From an uncultured Solirubrobacteraceae bacterium (GTDB lineage: Bacteria; Actinomycetota; Thermoleophilia; Solirubrobacterales; Solirubrobacteraceae), in the NCBI GenBank assembly GCA_963849425.1, contig CAWKHK010000006.1:1587655-1651654 (forward strand): a stretch of DNA of 64,000 bases, in the 5' to 3' direction. Below the pieces are notes generated by a model, which worked only from the letters and a program-made list of their open reading frames with translations, was not told the origin of the DNA and did not search any database. Positions within the stretch are counted from its first letter, which is position 1, and each line of letters begins with the position of its first letter. Both the position numbers and the translations under genes were made by a program. This document shows, piece after piece, positions 51,668-61,058 of the stretch.

Positions 51668-52461
51668 GCGCTGCTCCCTGTCTGCGGTGGATGTTCGGGC
51701 TGCTCGCTTGTGCGCTCGCCGAGCAGCCTGGCGATCAACAACAGCGCGGCGGCGGCCAGCAGCCACGCGACCATCCCCTCGGGGATTGGGCCGATCCGAC
51801 CAATGCCCCAGCCGCCCAAGTTCTTCGGGTGCTGGATGCTCTGGATGTAGCGCGCGAGTGAGTTCACCTCCGTGTCGGTGAGCTCGCCTTCGCCGAAGCG
51901 AGGCATCACATACGGGCCGATCCGTACCGCCTCGCCGATCTGTCTCGGTGTCGCCTGATTCAGCGCAGGGACGATCGCGCCGGTCACGATCCCGCCCTGA
52001 CCCTGGATGGTGTGGCAGCCCGCGCAGTCCAGTCCGAACAGGCGCTGCCCTTCCGCGAGCGATCCTCGGCTCGGCTGCACTGTTGGGATGTCAGGCCCGC
52101 CGAACGATCCGACGTAGGCGACGAGCGCCTTGATCTTGCTCTGCGGAAATGCGGGGCTTGTCCGCAGCGGCTGCGCCTTCGGGTTTGGCAGCGGCATCCG
52201 CCCGGTCTGCAGGTAGAAGTCCGCCGCCAGCGCACCGACGCCATCCAGGCTCGGGGCGCGGCCACTGATGCCCTGCGCACTCAGACCGTGGCATGACGCG
52301 CAGGAGGAATCGAATAGCGCGTGACCCTGCGCCACCAGCCCAGAAGGAGCAGCAGTGGAAGTGGGCGAGGGGGTTGCGCTGGCGTCCCAGTGAGCGGCGA
52401 AGTCAGTCAGCGCGAGCGCGCCGCACACAAGCGCCACCATCATCATCAGCCGGCGTCTCAT
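51664..52461 (-). CDS. qcrC: Diheme cytochrome c subunit
   Basis: CASCH and CAGCH; TGRMP; GPIPEG. Confidence 0.92.
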   Translation of the reverse strand: MRRRLMMMVALVCGALALTDFAAHWDASATPSPTSTAAPSGLVAQGHALFDSSCASCHGLSAQGISGRAPSLDGVGALAADFYLQTGRMPLPNPKAQPLRTSPAFPQSKIKALVAYVGSFGGPDIPTVQPSRGSLAEGQRLFGLDCAGCHTIQGQGGIVTGAIVPALNQATPRQIGEAVRIGPYVMPRFGEGELTDTEVNSLARYIQSIQHPKNLGGWGIGRIGPIPEGMVAWLLAAAALLLIARLLGERTSEQPEHPPQTGSSA

Positions 52462-53330
52462 CGACCCGCCAGCTCCCGCACCGGCAGCCCGGTGCCCCGG
52501 TCGGCGTAGCGGTCGCGGCGCTGCTGGCGGCGCTCCTCAGCGAGCATCGCGCTCATCGCGATCACGATCGCCAGCACACCCATCACCACGCCGCCGGCCA
52601 CCAGCATCAGCACCCCAGCTGTCTGCTGGTCCGCCAGCGCCGAGACGTGCAGGGCCCGCGCCGGCGCCAAATAGAACGGGTAGCGGACCTGCTCATCGAA
52701 CAGGAACACGCCGGCAGGAATCGACATCACGAGCATCGCGGCCATCAGCCACGAGAACCTCGCGATCGCACCAGGCGGGCGCGGAATCGGGTCGGCCGCG
52801 AGCAGCGGCAGCAAGAACAGCGTGCCCGTCCAGAAGTAGGCGGCGTGCTCGAGCGCATGGAGTGTCTGATCGCGTAGCGCCGCTTCATAGACACCCGTCA
52901 AATGCGTGGTGAGCACCACAATCGTGAACAACGCGAACCCGCACGCCGGCCTTGTCAACAAGCGCATCGGGCGGCTTCGCAGAACCACTGCCAGCGCGCG
53001 TCGAGCAGCCGGCGTGGAGGCGCTCAGCGCCAGGCGCACCGGCGCACCCCACAACAGCAGCATCGGTGCGAGAAGGATCAGCAGCAGATGCTCGATCACA
53101 TGCACCGACAGCAGCTCATCCGCGTACTGGTCGATCCCCGACATCAACGCGAGCGCCAGGACCCCCAGCCCCGCCAGAAATGAAACCGCTCGCCAGATCG
53201 GCCAGGGCGAGGAGGCGCGGCACATGCCCCACACGTAAAGTCCGGCCGTCATCCCCAACACACAGAGCAGCACGGGGTCCAAGGTCCACGTACCCAGCAG
53301 ACGGCCGAGCGTGGGTGGCTGCGCGCTCAC
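52458..53330 (-). CDS. ctaG: Cytochrome c oxidase assembly protein (Caa3-type CtaG)
   Basis: LSVHVIEHLLL, HALEH, DQQTAGVLM. Confidence 0.82.
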   Translation of the reverse strand: MSAQPPTLGRLLGTWTLDPVLLCVLGMTAGLYVWGMCRASSPWPIWRAVSFLAGLGVLALALMSGIDQYADELLSVHVIEHLLLILLAPMLLLWGAPVRLALSASTPAARRALAVVLRSRPMRLLTRPACGFALFTIVVLTTHLTGVYEAALRDQTLHALEHAAYFWTGTLFLLPLLAADPIPRPPGAIARFSWLMAAMLVMSIPAGVFLFDEQVRYPFYLAPARALHVSALADQQTAGVLMLVAGGVVMGVLAIVIAMSAMLAEERRQQRRDRYADRGTGLPVRELAGR

Positions 53331-53701
53331 CGCAAGCCTTCCCTGCGCAGCGCCTGCGAGCGCTCGCGCTGCTCACGCACCACGCCGCCGAGGCCGAGCG
53401 CCGTGATGCCGACGCCGATCAAGATCAGCCACAGCCCGAACCCGGCGCCGATGAGCGCCACGGCAACCCCGACGACCAGCGCGATCGTAGCGACGGAGCT
53501 GTCGGTGATCAGCCGCGGCCCGTCAACCTGCCCCTGGCGGATGTCGAGCGCCCACACCACAAGCCCGACGAGAACACACGCTGCGCTGGCCACCGCCGGG
53601 ATCGCGAACTGGATCAGTTTCGGGGCGAACACGGCCTGCACGCCGGTCAGCACCGCCAGCCACAACCCCCAGAGGAGCAGCACGACAGCGGCGCGTCTCA
53701 C
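53327..53701 (-). CDS. Small 4-TM protein, possible oxidase accessory subunit (CtaF-like position)
   Basis: Coupled to ctaD and ctaG by GTGA overlaps; hydrophobic. Confidence 0.6.
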   Translation of the reverse strand: MRRAAVVLLLWGLWLAVLTGVQAVFAPKLIQFAIPAVASAACVLVGLVVWALDIRQGQVDGPRLITDSSVATIALVVGVAVALIGAGFGLWLILIGVGITALGLGGVVREQRERSQALRREGLR

Positions 53702-55296
53702 ACGACCACCTCCTCGTGCGCCTCGCGCAGATCCAAAAGGGGCGCGTAGCTGCGGATCGGCGGCAGCTCGTGAACGTTGTGGCGGGGTGGCGGCGAGCTC
53801 GTCGCCCACTCGAGCGTCTGCGCCCCCCAAGGATCATCTCCAGCCTCGCGCCGGTCACGCAACGAGACCAGCATGTTCCACATGAACACCAGCACCGACA
53901 GCGCGATCACGACCGACCCGGCGGTCTCCAGAACGTTCAGCCCCTGCCAGCCCGTCGAGGCGGGGTAGCGCGCGATCCGCCGCGTCATGCCCTCAGCACC
54001 CAGGATGAACATCGGGAAAAAGGTCACGTTCGTCCCGATTACCATCAGCACGAAGTGCAGCTTGCCGAGACGCTCGCGCAGCATCGCCCCGGTGATCTTA
54101 GGAAACCAGTAGTAGATGCCGGCGAACAAGCCGAACGCGCTGCCCGCGAAGATCGTGTAGTGAAAATGCGCCACCACGAAATACGACATGTTCAGCCCGT
54201 AATCCAACGGCGGCGAGGCAAGGATCACCCCCGTCAACCCACCAACGAGGAACTGCACGAGGAAGCCGAGGGCGAACAAGAACGAGGTGGTGAAACGCAG
54301 GGTGCCGCGCCACAGCGTCGCTAGGAAATCGAAATACTCCACACCCGCCGGGACGATCAAAGCGGTCGAGGTCAGCGCGAAATACTTGTTCGAGAGCACC
54401 CCGAACGTGTACATGTGGTGCGCCCACACCGTCATCGACAAGCCAGCGAAAGCGAGCAGCGCGACCACGAACGCCGAGTAGCCGAAGAACCGCCGGGATG
54501 AGAACGTGGCCAGCACCTCGCCGACCATCCCCACGAACGGGAAGAACATTACATACACAACTGGGTGGCCGTAGAACCAGAACAGCGCCTGGTAGTCCAC
54601 CGCGCCGGCGCCGCCGACGAGCACATCCCCGAAGTGCCGTTGCGCCCACAGCAACCCGAGGGCGAGCAGCAGCGCGGGGAACCCGAACACAACCATCACG
54701 CAGGTCACGACCATCGTCCAGGTGAACACCGGCATCCGCATCAGCGTCATCCCCGGCGCACGCCGGCGAAGCGCGGTCGACAGGATGCAGCCCGCCCACA
54801 GGATCTGCCCGAGGGTCGCCAGCATCACCCCGAAGATCCACAGTTCCATGCCGCTGCCAGGGGAGTGGATCGAATCTGAGAGCGGGTCGAACCCCCACCA
54901 GGAGGCCGCCGCCGCGCCGCCGCTGGTCAGAAACCCCGACCACATGCTCACGCCGCCGCACAACAGCATCCACAGCCCGGCCAGCGCCACGCGCGGCCCT
55001 GCGATCTCGGCCGCCCCGACCTGCAAGGGGACGAAGTACACGCCGACCGCGAGCGCGACCGGCACGATCACGAGGTAGACCATCGTCGAGCCGTGCATCG
55101 TGAAAAGTTCGTTGTAGGTCTGCTGGGAGACCACGCCGCCGTCCGCCGCGAGCTGGCTTCGCATCAACAACGCCAACAGCCCACCCGCCAGGAAGAACAC
55201 GAGCGCGACCATGCAGGCCGCGCCGGCGATCCGCTTGTGGTCACTCGAGGCGAACGTGCGCGACGCCGCACGGGCAGGCACCGCAACCGCGTTCAC
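53698..55296 (-). CDS. ctaD: Heme-copper oxidase subunit I, divergent
   Basis: FTMHG, GHPVVY, WAHHM, VAHFHY, GMTRR, TLEWATSSPPP. Confidence 0.93.
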   Translation of the reverse strand: MNAVAVPARAASRTFASSDHKRIAGAACMVALVFFLAGGLLALLMRSQLAADGGVVSQQTYNELFTMHGSTMVYLVIVPVALAVGVYFVPLQVGAAEIAGPRVALAGLWMLLCGGVSMWSGFLTSGGAAAASWWGFDPLSDSIHSPGSGMELWIFGVMLATLGQILWAGCILSTALRRRAPGMTLMRMPVFTWTMVVTCVMVVFGFPALLLALGLLWAQRHFGDVLVGGAGAVDYQALFWFYGHPVVYVMFFPFVGMVGEVLATFSSRRFFGYSAFVVALLAFAGLSMTVWAHHMYTFGVLSNKYFALTSTALIVPAGVEYFDFLATLWRGTLRFTTSFLFALGFLVQFLVGGLTGVILASPPLDYGLNMSYFVVAHFHYTIFAGSAFGLFAGIYYWFPKITGAMLRERLGKLHFVLMVIGTNVTFFPMFILGAEGMTRRIARYPASTGWQGLNVLETAGSVVIALSVLVFMWNMLVSLRDRREAGDDPWGAQTLEWATSSPPPRHNVHELPPIRSYAPLLDLREAHEEVVV

Positions 55297-55928
55297 GAAG
55301 ACACTCCCTGCCGGGCGGCTTCGTGCGCGAGCCACACTCCGAAGCGCTGCGGGCTGACTGCCCGGATGGCGAAGTGCATCTCGCTGTGATCCTCTCCACA
55401 GAGCACCGAGCACTCACCGCCGTAATAGTCGGGCGTTCCGAACATGAGATCAAAGCGCGTCGTGTAGCCCGGCACGAACTGCCGCTGGTAATGAAGACCG
55501 GGCACCCAGAAGCCGTGAATCACATCCTCAGAGCTACCCACGAATTCAACCTCGCTGCCCGTCGGCACATACGCCGGCGTCGGATGCCATGTATCGACAT
55601 CGGCGATGCTCACGCCGTCCGAGTAGATGAAGCGCCAGCTCCACTGCGCGGCGATCACCTTGATCCGCACCCCAGGATGAGCGGCCGTGCGATCGATCGG
55701 CGTCTCCGCAGTGAACGTCACCCACAACAAGAAAGCCACCACGGCCGCCAGGACGCACGCATACGCCGTCTCCAGCACGAGCGCCTGCGAGCGCCGCCCC
55801 GGCGTCCTGCGTCTCGCGCCTGCGATCAGCAGCACCAGCAGCGTGCCGAGCACGAGCACGAACACGAACACGGCGATCGGCAGGTAGATCCCCTCCACGT
55901 GCTCGTAGGCGTGCGCCGTGTTCGGCAT
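55293..55928 (-). CDS. ctaC: Heme-copper oxidase subunit II (CuA)
   Basis: QWSWRF, DVIHGFWVP, CSVLCGEDHSEM. Confidence 0.92.
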   Translation of the reverse strand: MPNTAHAYEHVEGIYLPIAVFVFVLVLGTLLVLLIAGARRRTPGRRSQALVLETAYACVLAAVVAFLLWVTFTAETPIDRTAAHPGVRIKVIAAQWSWRFIYSDGVSIADVDTWHPTPAYVPTGSEVEFVGSSEDVIHGFWVPGLHYQRQFVPGYTTRFDLMFGTPDYYGGECSVLCGEDHSEMHFAIRAVSPQRFGVWLAHEAARQGVSS

Positions 55929-57067
55929 CAGTGCTCGTAGCGCTCCGCCTCGCCCTCACGCAACGACAGCCCCATCCCAGGGACTGTCGGGTCCGGCCAG
56001 AGCCCGCCGTCGCGCAGCGGCGGGGCGCCGTCGAACAGCAGCTCCTCGATGTGGGCGTGGTCGTGGAAATACTCGACGTGCGCAAGCGGCTCGATCGCCG
56101 CGCACACGTGCGTGTGCAGCGCCGGGCTCGTGTGCGCAGAGAGCCGCAAGCCACGAGCGGCGCACAGTGCACCCACCTGCAGCAGCTGGGTGATGCCGCC
56201 GCAGCGCGTCACGTCTGCCTGCAGCACGTCGACCGCGCCGGCGTCGAGCATCCGCCGGAAGTAGAAAAGGTCATAGCCGTACTCGCCTCCAGCGACCTCC
56301 ATCCCCGCAGGGGCGCGGTCTCGCAGCAATCTGAGTCCCTCGAGGTCATCGGAGGAGACCGGCTCCTCAAACCACGACACCCGAGCCTCTCGCGCGAACG
56401 TCTCGGCGAGCGCCAGCGCCTGCTTACGCGAGTAAGCGCCATTCGCGTCCACGAACAACTCGACCCCATCGCCGATCACGCTGCGGGCATGTCGAACGCG
56501 CTCAGGATCACGGTCAGGCTCTGAGCCCACCTTCATCTTCACCGCGCCGATTCCCTGTGCCACCCAGCCAGTGAGCTGGCGCTGCATCTGCTCCGGGGTG
56601 TAGGTGGTGAACCCGCCGCTGCCATACACCGGCACCCGCTCGCGGACCCGACCCAGCAGAGTGCTCAACGCGACCCCAAGCAACCTTGCCTTCAGGTCCC
56701 AGAGCGCGACATCTACGGCCGAGATCCCGCTCGAGGCCACCCCCGGATAGCCGATGTTGCGCACCGCACGACGCATCGCTGCCCACGCCGCCGACGGCGA
56801 AAGCGCATCCCCGCCAACAACCGCCTCGCCAAGGAGCTCTGAGACCAGCGCGGCTGCCGCGCCCGCCGCGTAGCTATAGCCAACGCCGGTATGTCCAGCT
56901 GAGCGGGCTTCCACGACTACGATCGTCGTCGTATCCCAGCTAAGCGTGCCATCGGCCTCCGGCGCGTCCGTCGGCACTGTGAACGTCCTCGCCGTGAGCT
57001 GCTCGACAACGGGCTTCGCCCCGCGGGCCGGATGCTCCGCGTGGCTCTCGGCGTCTGCGCTGCTCAC
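55928..57067 (-). CDS. Enolase superfamily (mandelate racemase/muconate lactonising-like) protein
   Basis: YGSGGF, KMK, VDANG, WFEEP, GE, QAD. Confidence 0.9.
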   Translation of the reverse strand: MSSADAESHAEHPARGAKPVVEQLTARTFTVPTDAPEADGTLSWDTTTIVVVEARSAGHTGVGYSYAAGAAAALVSELLGEAVVGGDALSPSAAWAAMRRAVRNIGYPGVASSGISAVDVALWDLKARLLGVALSTLLGRVRERVPVYGSGGFTTYTPEQMQRQLTGWVAQGIGAVKMKVGSEPDRDPERVRHARSVIGDGVELFVDANGAYSRKQALALAETFAREARVSWFEEPVSSDDLEGLRLLRDRAPAGMEVAGGEYGYDLFYFRRMLDAGAVDVLQADVTRCGGITQLLQVGALCAARGLRLSAHTSPALHTHVCAAIEPLAHVEYFHDHAHIEELLFDGAPPLRDGGLWPDPTVPGMGLSLREGEAERYEH

Positions 57068-57093
57068 CGGCCCGACCCGCGATCGTGTCTCGT

Positions 57094-57303
57094 TCAGCGA
57101 GTGCCGACGAAACGAGCGTTCTGCTCGTTCTCGACCTCGACGTGCTCGGGCCGCGGACCCTCATCCCGGCCGCCCTCGATCTCATCGCTCTCGGGCGCCA
57201 GCTTTTTGCCGCGCAGCCACATGCTCAACGCATACAGCCCGCCGCCGAGCACGCCAACCACGATCAGCACCAGCACGAGAATGAAAATGCCTCCAAATTC
57301 CAT
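57094..57303 (-). CDS. Small single-TM protein (69 aa), likely leaderless
   Basis: MEFGGIFILVLVLIVVGVLGGGLY; ATG 9 nt after the GGGTAT box. Confidence 0.65.
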   Translation of the reverse strand: MEFGGIFILVLVLIVVGVLGGGLYALSMWLRGKKLAPESDEIEGGRDEGPRPEHVEVENEQNARFVGTR

Positions 57304-57312
57304 GCCAGTCAC

Positions 57313-57338
57313 ATACCCAAACCGGCGTTGCTCAAACC
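57313..57338 (-). promoter_or_regulatory. SigB/SigF-type promoter heading the enolase-oxidase-qcr operon
   Basis: GGTTT-N15-GGGTAT. Confidence 0.7.
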
Positions 57339-59143
57339 GTCGTTGCTCGCGGCTCCGCCTGCGCGAGCGCGACGACCGCGGCGACATGCGAGAGGTGCGT
57401 AAGCGTCTGCGGATAGTTGCCCAGCAGCTCCCCGCTGGCGGGATCGACCTGCTCTGAGAACAAGCCGAGCGGGCTGGCGGCGCCCATCGTCCGGTCGAAC
57501 ACCTCCCGCGCCTCCGGCAACCTGCCCTGGCGGGCGTAGCACTCAGCCAGCCAGAACGAGCAGGCAAGGAACGCGCCCTCCTGGCCGGGCAGCCCATCGT
57601 CCTGGCGGTAGCGGTAGAGAAACCCGTCCGCATCAAGCTCCGCGCGCACCGCGTCAGCGGTGCGGAGCATCCGCTCATCATCGAACTCTACGAACCCCAC
57701 GACCGGCAGCAAAAGCAGCGCGGCGTCCAACGCCGGCTCGTCAAAGCACTGCACGAACACGCCACGCTCAGAGTCATAGCCGCGCGTCTCGATCGCCTCG
57801 CGCATCTCTTTGCGCGCTTTCTCCCAGCGCCGCGTCGGCGCCGTGCGCGCGCACTCCTCAGCCAGCCGCAGGCCGCTGTCCACCGCCGCCCAACAGCACG
57901 CCTTGGAGTGAACGAAATGCCGCGGCTCACCCCGCCACTCCCAGATCCCCCGGTCGGGCTCAGACCACCGCTCAACCGCAGTGTCGACTAGCTCTGAGAA
58001 GAACCGCCATTCGTCATCGTCAGGGGAGTGCCCACGGCGATGCCACCGCCACGCCAGATTGAGGATCTCGCCGAAGGCGTCCAACTGCAGCTGACCGGCA
58101 GCTTCGTTACCGACCCGTACCGGCTGCGAGCCACGGTAGCCCTCCAACTCCAGGCATTCCTCAGAGATGCGTCGCTCACCACCGATCCCGAACAGAATCT
58201 GCAGGTCCTCGGCGTGCCCGGCGCTGGTGCGCACGATGAAATGGCGAAACCGCCGGGCCTCACGCTCGCAGCCAAGCTCCGCCAGCGCGTGCGCCGTCAG
58301 CGTCGAGTCCCGCACCCAGCTGAAGCGGTAATCCCAGTTGCGCTCGCCGCCCAACGTCTCCGGCAGCGAGGTCGTGGGGGCAGCCACGATCGCCCCGGTC
58401 GGCGCGTAGGTCAGCGCCTTCAGCGTCAACGCCGAACGCACGACCGCATCGTGATCGGGGCCGTCCTTGCTCAACCGCTCACGCCAAGCGCGCCACCACT
58501 GCACGGTCTCCTCAAGACGCTCGTCCACCTTCCCGGCATCCAACGCGCTCTGCTCTCGCTCAAGCAGATGCGGGCGCACGAACCGGATCAACAGTCGCAG
58601 CTGCTCCCCGGCATGGATCTTGCCGCCCGCGACGATCGCTTCCTCCTCGACGCGCAGCTCGCCGTCGCTCCAAACCAAGAGCCCGTCGTCGCCGCCGATC
58701 GCCGTGAACACGTCTACCGCGGCGCGACGCAGCCACGGCCGCACCGCCCCGTAGTCAAACCGGGGTGCCATCTCGAAGCGCACCTCCGCGCTGCCGCGCT
58801 CGCACTCCACGATCCGCACCAGCTCACGATGCGGCTCGAGCGCCCCGTGCTCGCGCATCGCAAAGAAATCCCTCACTCGGACAGTCCCCTGCGGCCCTTC
58901 AAGGAGGCTCTCGAGCACCAGCGTGTCCTCGATATAGCTCACGCTCCGCCAGCTCGCCTCGTCCTCCACGCCTACCGTGCAGAATCCTCCGCGCTCACGG
59001 TCAAGCAGCCGTCCGAAGCAGCTCCCGCTATCGAAACGCGGCAGACAGCACCAGTCGATCGAACCCTCAGCCGAAACCAGCGCGGCGCTGTGACAGTCCC
59101 CGATCAGCCCATATGAGCCAATCGCCGGCGCCTGCTTGCTCAT
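57332..59143 (-). CDS. Glycoside hydrolase family 15 (trehalase/glucoamylase-like)
   Basis: IGDC, APTTSLPE, RNWDYRFSWVRD, GIWE, LFSEQ, GNYPQ. Confidence 0.92.
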   Translation of the reverse strand: MSKQAPAIGSYGLIGDCHSAALVSAEGSIDWCCLPRFDSGSCFGRLLDRERGGFCTVGVEDEASWRSVSYIEDTLVLESLLEGPQGTVRVRDFFAMREHGALEPHRELVRIVECERGSAEVRFEMAPRFDYGAVRPWLRRAAVDVFTAIGGDDGLLVWSDGELRVEEEAIVAGGKIHAGEQLRLLIRFVRPHLLEREQSALDAGKVDERLEETVQWWRAWRERLSKDGPDHDAVVRSALTLKALTYAPTGAIVAAPTTSLPETLGGERNWDYRFSWVRDSTLTAHALAELGCEREARRFRHFIVRTSAGHAEDLQILFGIGGERRISEECLELEGYRGSQPVRVGNEAAGQLQLDAFGEILNLAWRWHRRGHSPDDDEWRFFSELVDTAVERWSEPDRGIWEWRGEPRHFVHSKACCWAAVDSGLRLAEECARTAPTRRWEKARKEMREAIETRGYDSERGVFVQCFDEPALDAALLLLPVVGFVEFDDERMLRTADAVRAELDADGFLYRYRQDDGLPGQEGAFLACSFWLAECYARQGRLPEAREVFDRTMGAASPLGLFSEQVDPASGELLGNYPQTLTHLSHVAAVVALAQAEPRATTV

Positions 59144-60132
59144 CGCCCCCGCCGCATCGCGCCAATCCCCACAAGCCCCGCCGCGACCACAGCGCCGGCG
59201 CCAACCAGCCGCCGGTGGCGCGTGAGCTCCCACTGCACGCTGCGCGGCTTGGCCTGCTTATCGAAGTCGCCGTGCGCTGAGCGCTCCCCCGGAAGCGGCG
59301 CAAACAAGTTGTCCGGCCGCCCCGCCTGCACAGGCTCATCGGTCTGCTGGGCGTCAAACCCCGTCCTCGCCAGATAGCGGTCGCCGACGCCGGGAGCGAG
59401 CGCATTGCCGAGCAACGTGAGAGCCGTCGACGCGCCGACCCACCACTCTCGCCGCGCCGGCTCGTTGGCGGCGGCCACGATCGCCCGCGCGGCGACCTCC
59501 GGCTGATAGATCGGTGGCACCGGCTGCGGGTGCCGGGGGAGCCGTGTACGCACCGTGTCGAACTGCGGCGTGTTCATCGCCGGCAACTGCACCATCGTCA
59601 CCCGGACCCCGCTGCCCTCGTGCATCAGCTCGCAACGCAGCGACTCGGTGAACCCCTGGATCGCGTGCTTGCACGCACAGTAAGGGCTCTGCAAAGGGAT
59701 GCCGCGATAGGCCAGCGCCGAGCCGACCTGCACGATCACACCACGATCCCGCGAGCGCATCCGCGAAAGCGCACACAACGTCCCATACACCACCCCGAGA
59801 TACGTGACCTCAGTGACCCTGCGGAACTCATCCACGGTGATCTCCCACGTGGGGGCGAACACGCTCGCCATCGCATTGTTCACCCACACCCCAATCTCGC
59901 CATGCTCCTCCAGGATGCCCGCTGCCGTCTCAAGCGCCTGCGGGTCAGCGACGTTGCACTCCAACACCACCGGGCGCCCGCCCAGCGACTGCACCTCAGA
60001 CGCCGTAGCGGCCAAGGCTTCCTGGCCGCGGGCGATCAGCCCGACCGTCGCACCCTCACGCGCGAACGCCTGCGCGGTCGCGCGCCCAACACCCGAGCTC
60101 GCGCCCGTCACCGCCACCACCACAGATCCCAT
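59140..60132 (-). CDS. SDR family oxidoreductase
   Basis: TGASSGVG, WVNNA, YCACK; RBS GGAGG. Confidence 0.9.
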   Translation of the reverse strand: MGSVVVAVTGASSGVGRATAQAFAREGATVGLIARGQEALAATASEVQSLGGRPVVLECNVADPQALETAAGILEEHGEIGVWVNNAMASVFAPTWEITVDEFRRVTEVTYLGVVYGTLCALSRMRSRDRGVIVQVGSALAYRGIPLQSPYCACKHAIQGFTESLRCELMHEGSGVRVTMVQLPAMNTPQFDTVRTRLPRHPQPVPPIYQPEVAARAIVAAANEPARREWWVGASTALTLLGNALAPGVGDRYLARTGFDAQQTDEPVQAGRPDNLFAPLPGERSAHGDFDKQAKPRSVQWELTRHRRLVGAGAVVAAGLVGIGAMRRGR

Positions 60133-60170
60133 CATTCCTCCATCAAACGCCGGCGACACACACCGCGCAT

Positions 60171-60246
60171 CTACCCAACCGCCCGTCCCGCCAACCGTAA
60201 CCGCACCACCCGTCCGGTGCGATTCGCATCGGACGGACGCGGGTAT
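60171..60246. promoter_or_regulatory. Back-to-back SigB/SigF-type promoters
   Basis: Minus: GGTT-N16-GGGTAG (60196-60171); plus: GATT-N16-GGGTAT (60221-60246). Confidence 0.6.
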
Positions 60247-60258
60247 GCAGCCACCAAG

Positions 60259-60360
60259 ATGAGCAAGCGGGCACGATGGACTTCCCTCAAAGAGGCGCTG
60301 AGCGGCAGCAACCGCTTCGTGCTGCGCCTAGCGCTCCTCGCCGCCATCGTGCAGCGATGA
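60259..60360 (+). CDS. Small 33-aa ORF coupled to the HAD gene
   Basis: ATG 12 nt after the promoter; ATGA overlap with the next gene. Confidence 0.35.
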   Translation: MSKRARWTSLKEALSGSNRFVLRLALLAAIVQR

Positions 60361-61028
60361 CCGTGGTGATCCTCGATGTCGACGGGACACTCGTCGACAC
60401 CAACTACCAGCACGCGCTTGCCTGGTATCGCGCGTTCCGCGACCACGGGACCATCCTCCCGATCTGGCGCCTTCACCGTCACATCGGCATGGGCGGCGAC
60501 CAGCTAGTCGAGAAGCTCACCGACGCTGACGTGGAGCACAGGCTCGGCGATCAGATCCGCTCACGCGAGAGCGAGCGCTATAGCGAAATGATCGGCGAAG
60601 TCGAAGCGGTCAGCCAAGCCAGCGAGCTACTCAGCGACCTACGCGATCGTGGCCACACGGTCATCCTCGCAAGCTCCGCCAAGAAGCCCGAGATCGAGCA
60701 CTACATCGACCTGCTCGGCGCGCGCCAGCTCGCCGACGGATGGACGAGCGCCAGCGACGTGCAAGCGACCAAGCCCCAGCCCGACCTCGTGAACGCTGCC
60801 CTGGAATGCGCGGACGCGCAACCGGAGCAGGCGGTGATGATCGGCGACACACCCTGGGACGTCCAAGCAGCCCAGCGCGCCGGCGTGCAAACGCTCGCGG
60901 TGATGACCGGCGGCTTCTCAAAAGAAGAGTTGTGCGAAGCAGGCGCCATCGATGTCTACGAGTCGGTTGCTGAGCTGCTCTCCTCACTCGAGGAGACAGT
61001 CCTGCGGGGCAAGCCATCCAGATCGTGA
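60357..61028 (+). CDS. HAD family hydrolase
   Basis: DVDGTLVD, ASS, KPQPD, IGDTPWD. Confidence 0.92.
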   Translation: MTVVILDVDGTLVDTNYQHALAWYRAFRDHGTILPIWRLHRHIGMGGDQLVEKLTDADVEHRLGDQIRSRESERYSEMIGEVEAVSQASELLSDLRDRGHTVILASSAKKPEIEHYIDLLGARQLADGWTSASDVQATKPQPDLVNAALECADAQPEQAVMIGDTPWDVQAAQRAGVQTLAVMTGGFSKEELCEAGAIDVYESVAELLSSLEETVLRGKPSRS

Positions 61029-61058
61029 GCATCTCGCTCACTGGCGTACGCGAACGGT

